Origin: an uncultured Thermoleophilaceae bacterium
GTDB lineage: Bacteria; Actinomycetota; Thermoleophilia; Solirubrobacterales; JACPNS01
Assembly (NCBI GenBank): GCA_964455545.1
Contig: CAYVWQ010000013.1
Coordinates: forward strand, 2,868-66,867
Direction: 5' to 3'
Length of the DNA stretch: 64,000 nucleotides
Part shown: positions 9,019 through 18,502 of the stretch, in pieces
Numbering within the stretch: the first letter of the stretch is position 1
How the letters are laid out: each line of letters opens with the position of its first letter
Notes under the pieces: model-generated
The model's database searches: none
Told to the model about the DNA's origin: nothing
What the model saw: the letters and a program-made list of their open reading frames with translations, nothing else
Program-made: the position numbers and the translations under genes

Positions 9019-10191
9019 ATGGAGTCGCACAAGCGGATCCGAGTGCTCGTTGTCGAGCAGGGCGAGGGCCTCTGGGGCGCGCAGCGCTACTTGCTGCGGC
9101 TGGCGCCACTACTGGCCGAGCGCGGCGTCGACCAGATTCTCGCCGCGCCCGCGGGCAGTGCTACCGGCGCGGCATGGGAAGAACTCGGGCTCGAACGGGT
9201 GACGCTTCCGTCGCCGGAAGACCGCAGTGTTCGCTCGAAGTCGGGGAAGCTGCACCCTCTGCTCGCGGCTCGCGAGGTCTGGCGGATCGTGCTGACAGCT
9301 ACGCGCACTGCGTCGCTTGCGAAGAAGACGCACGCCGACGTGATCCACGCCAACAGTCACTGGTCGCACCTCGAGTGCGCGATCGCGGGGAAGCTCTCGC
9401 GCACGCCGGTCGAGCTGCATCTGCACGAGGAGAACGAGCCCGACTTCCTCGGCCGGGTGCGCCAGATCGCGGTGCGTTGGTCGGCTGCGGCGATCGCCGT
9501 GAGCAACGACGTGCGCGATTCGCTCCCCGAGGGTGTGCGCGAGCAGGTCACCGTGATCGCGAACGGTGTCGATCCCGATCAGATCACTCCCGGACCGGCC
9601 GACCCTGAGCTGCGGAACGAGATCAGTGACGGCGAGCCGGATGCCCCGCTCGTACTCTCGGCTTCGCGGCTGGATCCGCGCAAGGGCGTTCAGTTCGTGA
9701 TCGAGGCGGTTGCCTCGCTGGCCGACGCCGTGCCCGGCATTCGGCTGGCGGTCGCCGGGTCTGGGTCGCTTGACCCCGAGTTCTCGGCCGAGCTTGAAGC
9801 TCTGGCCGCTGAGATTGCGCCGGGGCGCGTCAAATTCCTCGGTCACCGCAGCGACATTGACGACCTCTTCCGCGCCTCCGACGTGATGGGGATGGCGTCT
9901 TCGCTCGAGGGCATGCCGCTCGGCGTCCTCGAGGCTCAGGCCGCCGGGTTGCCGGTGGTTGCCTGGCCGGCCGCCGGGATCCCCGAAATCATCACCGACG
10001 GCGAGAACGGGTTCATCGCTGAAGGGGGAAGCGTCGAAGATCTCGCCGAAAAGCTGCGGCGGGTGCTCACCGACCCTGCCCTGCGCGAGCGGATCTCGCT
10101 CGCCGGACGCGAGAACGTGGTCGCCCACCACTCGCTGGCGCTGCAGGCCGACCAACAGGCGGCGTTGTTGCGCGAGATTCTCACCGCCTGA
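9019..10191 (+). CDS. GT4 (GT-B fold) glycosyltransferase
   Basis: C-terminal Glycos_transf_1-type motif (SSLEGMPLGVLEAQAAGLPVVA). The ATG at 9019 is preferred over the TTG at 8980. Confidence 0.8.
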   Translation: MESHKRIRVLVVEQGEGLWGAQRYLLRLAPLLAERGVDQILAAPAGSATGAAWEELGLERVTLPSPEDRSVRSKSGKLHPLLAAREVWRIVLTATRTASLAKKTHADVIHANSHWSHLECAIAGKLSRTPVELHLHEENEPDFLGRVRQIAVRWSAAAIAVSNDVRDSLPEGVREQVTVIANGVDPDQITPGPADPELRNEISDGEPDAPLVLSASRLDPRKGVQFVIEAVASLADAVPGIRLAVAGSGSLDPEFSAELEALAAEIAPGRVKFLGHRSDIDDLFRASDVMGMASSLEGMPLGVLEAQAAGLPVVAWPAAGIPEIITDGENGFIAEGGSVEDLAEKLRRVLTDPALRERISLAGRENVVAHHSLALQADQQAALLREILTA

Positions 10192-10237
10192 CGCCGGCAG
10201 GAAATGGTCGTCCGACGGCGAACGTATGTTCGTGAGT

Positions 10238-11695
10238 ATGGCGACCACGACGAAAAAGCCGGCCTCGATCTTTGCCTGCACGGACTGCGGCACCGTCGAG
10301 CGCAAGTGGCATGGGCAGTGCCCCGGCTGTGGTGCCTGGAACACGCTGGTCGAGGAAGCCGCCCCGCTTCCTTCCACCGGCGCGGGGGCGAAGCGCGGCA
10401 TTGGCGCTGCGTCCCTCAAAGGCGTTTCGGCGGCGGGCGGCGCGGTTGCGCCGACCCGTGCGGCCGGCGTCGTTTCCGAGCCGGTCGTCCTCAGCGAAGT
10501 CCGTGCTCGCAAGATCCGTCGCATATCCACCGGCGTGCGCGAGTTCGATCGCGTACTCGGCGAGAGCGCCGGAGGTTCGGCCGGGATCGTGCCCGGATCC
10601 CTGGTGCTTCTGGGAGGTTCACCAGGGATCGGCAAGTCCACGCTCGTCGGCACGGCGCTCGGCAATCTCGTCAGTGGCGGGGTTCGCGTGCTGTACGTGT
10701 CGGGCGAGGAATCGCCGGAGCAGATCCGGATGCGGCACGAGCGGTTGGGCGAGGGCGCGATGGACGTCCCCGTAGTGGCCGAGACCGACCTCGACTCGGT
10801 CGTGGCCACGATCGAGGCACAAGAGACGCTGCCGCAGGTCGTGGTGATCGATTCCGTGCAGACGCTCTACTGCTCGGATCTGACAGGCGCGCCCGGCAGT
10901 GTCGGTCAGGTGCGCGAGGTCGCGGCGCGGCTGATGCAGGTCGCGAAGCAACGCGAGATCGCGATGCTTTTGGTCGGCCACGTCACCAAGGAGGGCTCGC
11001 TGGCCGGTCCGCGCGTGCTTGAACACCTCGTCGACTGCGTGCTGCAGTTCGAGGGCGAGCGCGAGCGCTCTTTTCGCACGCTGCGCGCCGCGAAGAATCG
11101 CTTCGGTTCCACCAACGAAGTCGGCGTGTTCGAAATGGAGGAGCACGGCCTCGTCGAGATCGAAGACGCGTCGGCCCGCTTCGTCGGCGACGCGACCGGC
11201 GATCCGGGGTCAGTTGTGCTGTGCGCGATGGAGGGAACGCGTCCGATGCTGGTCGAGATTCAGGCGCTTGTCGCCCGTACCGAGGTGGTGCCGCCGCGGC
11301 GCGTGGCCAACGGCATCGACCGGAATCGGTTGGCTCTCGTACTTGCGGTGCTCTCTCGACACGCGGGCCTTTCGTTGGGGGACCACGATGTCTTCGTGAA
11401 CGTCGTCGGCGGCGTGCGCATCGACGAGCCGGCAGCCGATCTGGCGATCGCGTTGGCCGTCGCCAGCGCGGCTAAGGGTGTCGCGCTAACGGACGACGCC
11501 GTTCCGCTCGCCTGCTTCGGCGAGATCGGCCTGACGGGAGAGCTTCGCCCGGTCCCTCAGCCCGACCGCCGCGCCGCCGAGGCGGTGAAGTTCGGGCTTT
11601 CGAACGTAATTGCACCCGCCGCGCGAGGCGAGGAGCGTGGAGTGCGCAGCGTTCGCCAGGCGGTTGCGCGCGCGTTCGATCGCGCCGACGGTTGA
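10238..11695 (+). CDS. radA: DNA repair protein RadA
   Basis: Zn finger CTDCGTVERKWHGQCPGCGAWNT, Walker A GGSPGIGKST, KNRFG motif and a Lon-like C-terminus. The start is ATG 10238 (or 10226) inside the longer ORF that begins at 9959. Confidence 0.9.
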   Translation: MATTTKKPASIFACTDCGTVERKWHGQCPGCGAWNTLVEEAAPLPSTGAGAKRGIGAASLKGVSAAGGAVAPTRAAGVVSEPVVLSEVRARKIRRISTGVREFDRVLGESAGGSAGIVPGSLVLLGGSPGIGKSTLVGTALGNLVSGGVRVLYVSGEESPEQIRMRHERLGEGAMDVPVVAETDLDSVVATIEAQETLPQVVVIDSVQTLYCSDLTGAPGSVGQVREVAARLMQVAKQREIAMLLVGHVTKEGSLAGPRVLEHLVDCVLQFEGERERSFRTLRAAKNRFGSTNEVGVFEMEEHGLVEIEDASARFVGDATGDPGSVVLCAMEGTRPMLVEIQALVARTEVVPPRRVANGIDRNRLALVLAVLSRHAGLSLGDHDVFVNVVGGVRIDEPAADLAIALAVASAAKGVALTDDAVPLACFGEIGLTGELRPVPQPDRRAAEAVKFGLSNVIAPAARGEERGVRSVRQAVARAFDRADG

Positions 11696-11823
11696 AATTC
11701 CCACAAGCGGGCGACTTGACAATTCCCGCCTTCCGCGCATAAGTTGATCCCAGACGCCGGCACGGACAGCTGGCGGCAGAAACACTCGGCCGTTTCCCTG
11801 ACGGCGTTTCGACTGGACCAAGG

Positions 11824-12567
11824 ATGACGATCAACCTCCGCTCAACTCAGCTTGCGCTGCTCTGCGGCCTCCTCCTCGCACTCACACTCGGCGTGAGTGC
11901 GGCCGAGGCCGCCGCTTCCCCCCGGACAGCAGCTTCACCCCGGGCCGTCAAGGGCCTGAAAGCAGCTCAGGGCGCGAGGTCGGTCGTCGTCTCGTGGAAG
12001 GCCCCGGCGAATTCCCGGCGCGCGAAGATTCACGCTTACCGCGTGACCCTCGCCAACGCCGATTCGCAGACTCCGCCGATTGTGCGCTCTGCGCGCACGC
12101 GAAAGTTCTCGGTCACCTTCGGTGCGCTCTCGCCCGGGCGCTACGCCGTCCGCGTCACTGCGCTCGGCGCGGCCGGACGCGGTCGCGCGGCGACGGCTCG
12201 TGTGGCCGTCGCAGATACTTCCGCGACGGTGGGATCACTGTCCGACGCCGCACCGTCGGCGCTCGTCGAAGCGCCGCTGATTCCCGCTCCGACCGGATTC
12301 GCCGCGATTCCCGGCCCCGGGACGATCACTCTTGTCTGGCAGGCTCCGGCTGACGGGGGGACGCCGCTCTCCGCCTACCAGATCCGCGCACGTGCGGCCG
12401 GTTCGACGAACTGGCTTGCGCCGACCGCCGTCAAGGCGGACGCCCTCTCCCGCGAACTGACGATCTCAGGCACCTCGGCCTGGGAGTTCCAGATTCGTGC
12501 GGTCGGGGCAGGCGGCGCAGGAGCATGGAGCGCAACCGCCACGGCCGCGCCGGGCCCGACCGTCTAG
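11824..12567 (+). CDS. Secreted protein with two fibronectin type III domains
   Basis: Signal peptide (LLCGLLLALTLGVSAAEA) followed by two FN3-like units (W.AP...Y.V....Y...V.A....G). Confidence 0.7.
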   Translation: MTINLRSTQLALLCGLLLALTLGVSAAEAAASPRTAASPRAVKGLKAAQGARSVVVSWKAPANSRRAKIHAYRVTLANADSQTPPIVRSARTRKFSVTFGALSPGRYAVRVTALGAAGRGRAATARVAVADTSATVGSLSDAAPSALVEAPLIPAPTGFAAIPGPGTITLVWQAPADGGTPLSAYQIRARAAGSTNWLAPTAVKADALSRELTISGTSAWEFQIRAVGAGGAGAWSATATAAPGPTV

Positions 12568-12626
12568 AACCGAAGGTCGACCCCATCCCGGCGCGGGCGC
12601 GAGCGGGAAATGTTCGCGCTCTGCCC

Positions 12627-12655
12627 TTGCTGACGGTCGGCGTGGCAGTTAGATT
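12627..12655 (+). promoter_or_regulatory. Candidate sigma-70 promoter for the FN3-CotH gene (near-leaderless)
   Basis: TTGCTG (12627-12632), a 17-nt spacer, then TAGATT (12650-12655). The ATG at 12665 is 9 nt downstream of the -10 element. Confidence 0.4.
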
Positions 12656-12664
12656 GAATGCTCA

Positions 12665-15600
12665 ATGGTGCGGCGAAATCGCGCCGATATCTCGGCAACT
12701 CGGCAAAAACTCATGATCGCTCTCGCGATCGCCACAGCGGCGATCGCTTCTGCGTGCGTGTTTGCTGTGAACGCCGGAGCCGCCAAGCCCGCGATTCCCA
12801 AGCAAGTCGGCTCGCTCAAAGTCCGCGCATCCAGCGGGACTCTCACGCTGAGCTGGAAGGCACCGGTAAACGCGCGCAAGGTGCGGGTGACCGGCTACAG
12901 CATCTCCTACAAGAAGGCTTCGAGCAAGCGCTGGACGAAGCTGAAACCCCTGAGCGCGAAGGAGAGGCGCTACCGGCTCAAGCGACTCAAGAACGGCTCA
13001 ACCTACAAGCTGCGCATCGCCGCGCTGAGCCGCGGCGGAGTCGGCAAGGCGCGCACGATCACGGCGATCCCGCGCAAGCGCGGGGTGGGTGGTCTCGGCT
13101 CCGGGCCGACGCTGACTGCGCCGGGTGCGCCGCAGAACTTCGCGGTTGCCGCGGGAATGGGCCGCGTAAGCGCAGACTGGACTGCGCCGAGCGTTGACGG
13201 CGGCAGCAAAGTGACGGGCTACGAGCTGCGCTATCGCATCGTGCCCGACGGAGCGTGGTCGAGCGTCTCGACCCCGGCGAACGAACCCGGAACGACGGTC
13301 GCCGGCCTGACTCCGCAGGTGCTCTACGAACTCTCTGTCCGCGCGGTCAACTCCGTGGGTGCCGGCGCCTGGACAGCGCCGCTCACCACCGAACCGCTCC
13401 CGGTCATGGCGGTGCCGAGCGAGCCGCTCAACCTCGAGGCGACGGGCGGACTGAGCAAGATCACGCTCGATTGGGATCCGCCCGCGAGCGAGGGGGATGC
13501 CCCGGTCACGCTGTACGAGCTGCGTGGTCGCGCAGTCGGAGCAGCGACCTGGGGTGCCCCGACCCTCTTCGACCCCGCCGAGAACAACTTCTCGACAACC
13601 TTCGAGCTGGCGGTGTTCGACGACACCGAGTACGAGTGGCAGGTCCGCGCGATCAACGCGGGCGGTCACGGCGAGTGGAGCGCGCCGGCCTCTGCGGCGG
13701 CGGTCGTCGCGCCAAACGCCCCGTTGAACCTGACCGCGACGCGCGCCGACAGTTCCGTGTCGCTCACGTGGCAACGCGGAGCTGGCGGTGGCACGCCGAC
13801 CAGCTACACCGTTCGCGCGCGCGTTGCGGGAACGGCACCTTGGACCATCCAGCAGTCGACGGTCGCGAGTTCGTTGACCGTTTCCGGGCTCACCAACGGC
13901 ACGTCGTATGAGTTCACCGTTCACGCGGCCAACGCCGCCGGATATAGCGACGCGTCGATTCTCGCGTCCGCGACGCCCGCGGCGCCCCCGGGCCCGCCGG
14001 AAGGCCCGAGTCTTGCTCCGGGTGACAAGTCGCTCACAGCAACGTGGACGGCTCCAGCCGACACCGGCGGACTTCCCGTGAGTTCTTACGAAGTCCGATA
14101 CAAGCTCTCCGAAACAAGCACGTGGAGTACCGGACAGGAAGTCTCGGGTACGAACGTCGTGATCGATGGGCTCGTCAACGGCTCTGTCTACGACGTCTCG
14201 GTTCGCGCCAAGAACGCTGCTGGGGTCGGGGGCTGGAGCGCGACCGCCACCGGCAAGCCGGCAACTGTCCCGGGAGCGCCGGCCGGGCTTGCTGCGACGG
14301 CCGGCGACTCGCTGATCAACGCCGTGTGGGGACCGCCGGCGGACAACGGCGGCGCGACGATCTCCGGCTACGAGGTTCGCATCCGCGTGAGCGGCGGAGC
14401 ATGGGGAGCGGCGACGCCGGTCGCGCAGGCCAGCAGATCGTTCACCGGGCTGACCAACGGCACTGCCTACGAAGTGGGCGTGCGTGCACTGAACGACCAG
14501 GGCCCGGGCGAGTGGGCGTACGCGCTCGCCACGCCGCACCCGTCGGGCACCGGCGCTCCGGGCGATCCGACCACCTTGAGCGCGCGCTTGGCGACGACCG
14601 GCGGCGCAGTCGCGCTCTCCTGGCTCGCCCCGACGACCGGAGGCGCCGCCGACGGCTACGAAGTGCGCACCTGCAGCCAGGCAGTCTCGGGCCTCTGCTC
14701 GAGCACGCAGGCCATGAGTGCGAGCGCCACAGATGCCACGATCACCAACGCGCTGGTCGGGCAGTACGTGCGCGCCGAGGTTCGCGCGACGAGCTCGTCC
14801 GGTCAGAGCGCGTGGGTGCAGTCGGCGACCCTTTACAGCCCGAGCCTCACGCAGCCTGTGATGCGGATCGACACGACCGGCGGAGCGCCGATCGTGTCGA
14901 AGGAGACCTACCTACCCGCCACCTACTCGCTCGACCCGAACGGGTCGGTCAGCGTTCCGGCCGCGAGCGGAAGCACCGAAATCCGCGGACGCGGCAACTC
15001 AACCTGGAACGCGCCGAAGAAGCCGTACAAGATCAAGCTCGCGAGCTCGACCGTCCTGATCAACGGCGTCGCCAAGTCGAAGCATTGGGCGCTGCTGGCG
15101 AACTACTACGACCCCTCGGCGCTGCGCACCGCGGTCGCGATGAACATCGGCAACCAGACCGGTCTCGCGTGGACACCGCACTCGCAGTTCGTCGAGGTCG
15201 TCCTCAACGGCGAGTACGTCGGGCTGTATCAGCTGATCGAGACGGTCAGGCTCGACGCCAACCGCGTGAACGTGACCGCGATGACTTCATCCGACACGGC
15301 GGAGCCGAACGTCACCGGCGGCTACATGATCGAGATCGACGGGCGACTCGACGGGCCGACAACCAACACCTTCACCACGAGCAATGGCGCGGACATCGTG
15401 ATCCAGGATCCCGAAATCGCGGAGCCGGAGCAGAAGAATTACGTTAAGTCCTACTTCGCCGCGTTTGAAACAACGCTTTATGGATCGAACTTCAAGGACC
15501 CGGTCGAGGGGTGGCGCAAGTACGTGGACGAGCCGTCGCTGATCGACTGGTACCTCGTCAACGAGTTCCTAGCCAACAACGACGCGATGTATTCGAGCAC

Positions 15601-16018
15601 CGATCTGTACAAACAGCGCGGCGAAAAGCTCAAGTGGGGGCCGCTGTGGGACTACGACCAGTCGATCGGACGCGGCTGGGGCTATCACCCGCCGGATGCG
15701 TGGTGGGTGAGAAGCGGCGGGCTGTACGGGACGATGGCGCCGTGGTTTACGCGCCTGTTTGCCGACGACACGTTTGCCGCAAACGTCAAGGCCCGCTGGC
15801 AGCAGCTCCAGTCGGTCTTCGCGGGTGCAGCGAACTACGCCGGCTCGATCGCCCCCGGACTGGCGACGGCCGCCGGGCAGAGCGAGTCGATCTGGCCGAA
15901 GCTCAGCGCTGAACAACAGGGGGCCGAGACGAGCTTTGCGGCCGCGACGCCGGTCGTGCAAAGTTGGTTGAACCAACGGTATGCGTGGATGAATTCGGCT
16001 GGGCAGTATGGGGGTTGA
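12665..16018 (+). CDS. Secreted or anchored protein with seven tandem FN3 domains and a C-terminal CotH-family domain
   Basis: N-terminal hydrophobic anchor or signal. Seven ~90-aa FN3 repeats span about aa 40-725. The C-terminus matches CotH hallmarks: NSTWNAPKKPYKIKL, HWALLANYYDPSALR, VVLNGEYVGLYQLIE. Confidence 0.8.
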   Translation: MVRRNRADISATRQKLMIALAIATAAIASACVFAVNAGAAKPAIPKQVGSLKVRASSGTLTLSWKAPVNARKVRVTGYSISYKKASSKRWTKLKPLSAKERRYRLKRLKNGSTYKLRIAALSRGGVGKARTITAIPRKRGVGGLGSGPTLTAPGAPQNFAVAAGMGRVSADWTAPSVDGGSKVTGYELRYRIVPDGAWSSVSTPANEPGTTVAGLTPQVLYELSVRAVNSVGAGAWTAPLTTEPLPVMAVPSEPLNLEATGGLSKITLDWDPPASEGDAPVTLYELRGRAVGAATWGAPTLFDPAENNFSTTFELAVFDDTEYEWQVRAINAGGHGEWSAPASAAAVVAPNAPLNLTATRADSSVSLTWQRGAGGGTPTSYTVRARVAGTAPWTIQQSTVASSLTVSGLTNGTSYEFTVHAANAAGYSDASILASATPAAPPGPPEGPSLAPGDKSLTATWTAPADTGGLPVSSYEVRYKLSETSTWSTGQEVSGTNVVIDGLVNGSVYDVSVRAKNAAGVGGWSATATGKPATVPGAPAGLAATAGDSLINAVWGPPADNGGATISGYEVRIRVSGGAWGAATPVAQASRSFTGLTNGTAYEVGVRALNDQGPGEWAYALATPHPSGTGAPGDPTTLSARLATTGGAVALSWLAPTTGGAADGYEVRTCSQAVSGLCSSTQAMSASATDATITNALVGQYVRAEVRATSSSGQSAWVQSATLYSPSLTQPVMRIDTTGGAPIVSKETYLPATYSLDPNGSVSVPAASGSTEIRGRGNSTWNAPKKPYKIKLASSTVLINGVAKSKHWALLANYYDPSALRTAVAMNIGNQTGLAWTPHSQFVEVVLNGEYVGLYQLIETVRLDANRVNVTAMTSSDTAEPNVTGGYMIEIDGRLDGPTTNTFTTSNGADIVIQDPEIAEPEQKNYVKSYFAAFETTLYGSNFKDPVEGWRKYVDEPSLIDWYLVNEFLANNDAMYSSTDLYKQRGEKLKWGPLWDYDQSIGRGWGYHPPDAWWVRSGGLYGTMAPWFTRLFADDTFAANVKARWQQLQSVFAGAANYAGSIAPGLATAAGQSESIWPKLSAEQQGAETSFAAATPVVQSWLNQRYAWMNSAGQYGG

Positions 16019-16085
16019 TACTCGCGGCAAGATTTCCGCTGGGAGCCTTGCCAAAGCGCGGATGCAGCCCTACTCTGGGGTAGCG

Positions 16086-16607
16086 ATGGATCGCGAAAAT
16101 GCAGACCGACTCGCGGCTCTCGACACTCAGCCGCTCGAGTGGTCATGGGTTGAACGAAAACTGATCACCAGCAGTTCGTACTGGCTCGTGACCACCAAGC
16201 CCCACGGGGGAGGTCCTCACGCGCGCCCAGTGTGGGGTGTCTACTACGACGAATCGATCTGGTTCTCGACCGGGCGCTCGTCGATCAAGGGGCAGAACCT
16301 TGCGGTCGATCCGCGCTGCGTCGTCCACATCGAGAGCGCCGACGACGTCGTGATCATCGACGGGGTGGCGGAGCTTGTCGCGCCCTGGGAGGACGTGTTC
16401 GCCGGTGACCATTCGCGCGCGGTACTCCGCCGCTACATGCAGAAGTACGTGATGACCGAGTCTGAGCTTTCACCGCAGGGCGAGCTCTCCGACGCCGGCC
16501 TCTACAGGGTCTGGCCGAAGGCGATAAACGCGTGGCTTGAGGGGGCCTATCCGACTACGCAGTCTCGCTGGACGTTCGCACTGCCCGAGCACGTTCGCGG
16601 ATCCTGA
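16086..16607 (+). CDS. Pyridoxamine 5'-phosphate oxidase-family (FMN/F420-binding split-barrel) protein
   Basis: Translation (WLVTTKPHGGGPHARPVWGVY..VVHIES..VIIDG) resembles PPOX-class proteins. The start is chosen at the ATG downstream of the CotH stop. Confidence 0.55.
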   Translation: MDRENADRLAALDTQPLEWSWVERKLITSSSYWLVTTKPHGGGPHARPVWGVYYDESIWFSTGRSSIKGQNLAVDPRCVVHIESADDVVIIDGVAELVAPWEDVFAGDHSRAVLRRYMQKYVMTESELSPQGELSDAGLYRVWPKAINAWLEGAYPTTQSRWTFALPEHVRGS

Positions 16608-16737
16608 GAACTACCTCAGACAAGTTATCCAATTATGGGTAACCGATGGGTCGGAGTTTTGCCTGAAAACCCCCGCAAAACCCCATAACCATGCGGCCGG
16701 ACGGACAATCAATAGTGATGATCTACACTTAGACCTT

Positions 16738-17850
16738 ATGGCCCAGCATGGTGTAGAAGAGTCACCCGAACTTCACAACAGGTTGGAGCCCAAGCTTCTC
16801 AGGGCACTGGAGATGATCGCTCCGGGCTCTTTCATCCGCGAGGGCATCGACGAAGTGCTGCAGGGCGGCACCGGCGCGCTGATCATCATCGGCGAGCCCG
16901 AAGAGCTCGCCTTCATGTTTTCCGGCGGCATCAAGATCGACCTCGATTACCAACCGGCCATGTTGTACCAGCTGGCGAAAATGGATGGCGCGATCATCCT
17001 CAGCCCGAACGCCAACAAGATCGCGTGGGCCAACGTGCAGTTGATGCCCGACCCGACGATCCACTCGACCGAGACCGGCACTCGTCATCGCACCGCGGAG
17101 CGCGTCGCCAAGCAGTCCGATGCGATCGTGCTCGCGATCAGCGCGCGTCGTTCGGTCGTCTCGCTTTACGTCGACTCCGCGAAGTACGTGATGGTCGACA
17201 TCCCCGAGGTGCTCGCCAAGGCCAACCAGGCTCTGGTCACGCTCGACAAGTACCGCCGCCGCCTCGACCAGGTGTCGGCGCGTCTGACGATGCTTGAGTT
17301 CGAGGGCCGCACCTACATGCATGACGTGCTGACCGTGCTGCAGCGCGCCGAGCTGATCACCCGCATGAGCGTTGAGGTTGAGCGCTACATCGTTGAGCTC
17401 GGCAGCGAAGGTCGTCTGATCGAGATGCAACTCGAAGAGACGATGATCGGCGTCGCCGCCGAAAAGCATGGCTTGGTCCGCGACTACATGACGCAGGACA
17501 CGGACGAGACCTACGGACAGGTCGTCGATCTGCTGGCGCGCATGCCGCATCAGGACCTACTCGACTTCGGTCGCCTGGCAGAACTGCTCGGCTACGACCG
17601 CAAGATGAACACGATCGACCACGCGGTTGCGCCGCGCGGATACCGGATCCTCTCCCGTATCCCGCGCCTGCCGAAGATGGTCGTCCACGACATCGTCAAC
17701 GAGTTTGGCGGTCTGGACGAACTGCTCTCAGCCGAGGACTCCGAACTGGAGGCCGTCGACGGCGTGGGAGACGACCGTGCGAAGGACATCCGCGAGGGCC
17801 TCAAGCGCCTTCAGGAGATCAACCTGGTCGACCGCTACATGCAGGCTTGA
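16738..17850 (+). CDS. disA: DNA integrity scanning protein DisA (diadenylate cyclase)
   Basis: DAC-domain motifs (GTGALIIIG, DGAIILS, GTRHRTAERV) and a C-terminal HhH region. The start is ATG 16738 within the longer ORF. Confidence 0.9.
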   Translation: MAQHGVEESPELHNRLEPKLLRALEMIAPGSFIREGIDEVLQGGTGALIIIGEPEELAFMFSGGIKIDLDYQPAMLYQLAKMDGAIILSPNANKIAWANVQLMPDPTIHSTETGTRHRTAERVAKQSDAIVLAISARRSVVSLYVDSAKYVMVDIPEVLAKANQALVTLDKYRRRLDQVSARLTMLEFEGRTYMHDVLTVLQRAELITRMSVEVERYIVELGSEGRLIEMQLEETMIGVAAEKHGLVRDYMTQDTDETYGQVVDLLARMPHQDLLDFGRLAELLGYDRKMNTIDHAVAPRGYRILSRIPRLPKMVVHDIVNEFGGLDELLSAEDSELEAVDGVGDDRAKDIREGLKRLQEINLVDRYMQA

Positions 17851-17914
17851 CCAACACAGAGCTGTTTCAACGGCTAAGGAGACGATCACAATTCCGGACA
17901 CAGACGTAGTAGAC

Positions 17915-18475
17915 ATGGAGCTCGACGACCTCGAACTCGCGCCGAAGGCGCCGAACATCAACTTCAAGGTCGGCGACAAGGTCGTCTACCCGCACCACGG
18001 CGCGGGCAAGGTGCTCAAGAAAGAGAAGAAGACGCTGCTCGGTGAGAAGCGCGAGTACCTGACAATCCAGATCCTGCACAACGACATGACCGTGATGGTC
18101 CCGTGCGAGAACACCGGCGTCGCCGGCCTTCGCCGCGTGATCGACAACGCGACCGTCAAGAAGGTCGTCGCCACACTTCAGGACGACGTCTCGGAGATGC
18201 CGGGCAACTGGAACCGCCGCTTCAAGCACAACCGCGAGAAGATTCGCACCGGAGACATCTTCGAACTCGCCGAGGTGATCCGCAACCTCGCAGCGCTCGA
18301 GTCCGAGAAGGGTCTTTCGAGCGGCGAAAAGCAGATGTTCGTCCGCGCCAAGCGCATTCTCGCCAGCGAGTTCATGTACGCGCTCGACATGTCCGAAGAG
18401 GACGCCGAGGCGCACGTCGACGAGCTGCTGGGCATCGAGCCGGCCGCCAAGGAAGAAGAAGCCGTCGAGGCCTGA
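17915..18475 (+). CDS. carD: CarD/CdnL-family RNA polymerase-binding transcription regulator
   Basis: FKVGDKVVYPHHGAGKV..REYLTI..TVMVP..NW.RR.K.N..K...GD motifs are colinear with CarD. Confidence 0.85.
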   Translation: MELDDLELAPKAPNINFKVGDKVVYPHHGAGKVLKKEKKTLLGEKREYLTIQILHNDMTVMVPCENTGVAGLRRVIDNATVKKVVATLQDDVSEMPGNWNRRFKHNREKIRTGDIFELAEVIRNLAALESEKGLSSGEKQMFVRAKRILASEFMYALDMSEEDAEAHVDELLGIEPAAKEEEAVEA

Positions 18476-18502
18476 TCGGCTTCAGTCCCCAGGGGAGAGG
18501 GA

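Noticed and set aside
9109-10809. 566-aa minus-strand ORF, and the 578-aa plus ORF starting at 9959
   Set aside because: The first is antisense to the GT4 gene and radA. The plus ORF is simply radA with a spurious 5' extension that overlaps the GT4 gene. The RadA Zn-finger begins right after the ATG at 10238.
11716-11744. Promoter-like TTGACA upstream of the small FN3 gene
   Set aside because: The -35 is perfect, but the best -10 candidates (CATAAG/ATAAGT) match the consensus poorly. This is too weak to list as a feature.
12998-14539. 513-aa minus-strand ORF, and other frames across the FN3 repeats
   Set aside because: It is antisense to the FN3 array. The sense frame shows seven regular FN3 modules.
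12782-14850. Possible DNA-level tandem repeat or CRISPR-like periodicity in the FN3 region
   Set aside because: The periodicity is at the protein-domain level (~270 nt units with diverged sequence). There are no short identical direct repeats with unique spacers. No CRISPR array exists anywhere in the window.
16537-17914. Long 5' extensions of disA (16537) and carD (17627) in the ORF track
   Set aside because: The extensions overlap the preceding genes or low-GC intergenic DNA and add non-homologous residues. The conserved N-termini begin at the ATGs at 16738 and 17915.
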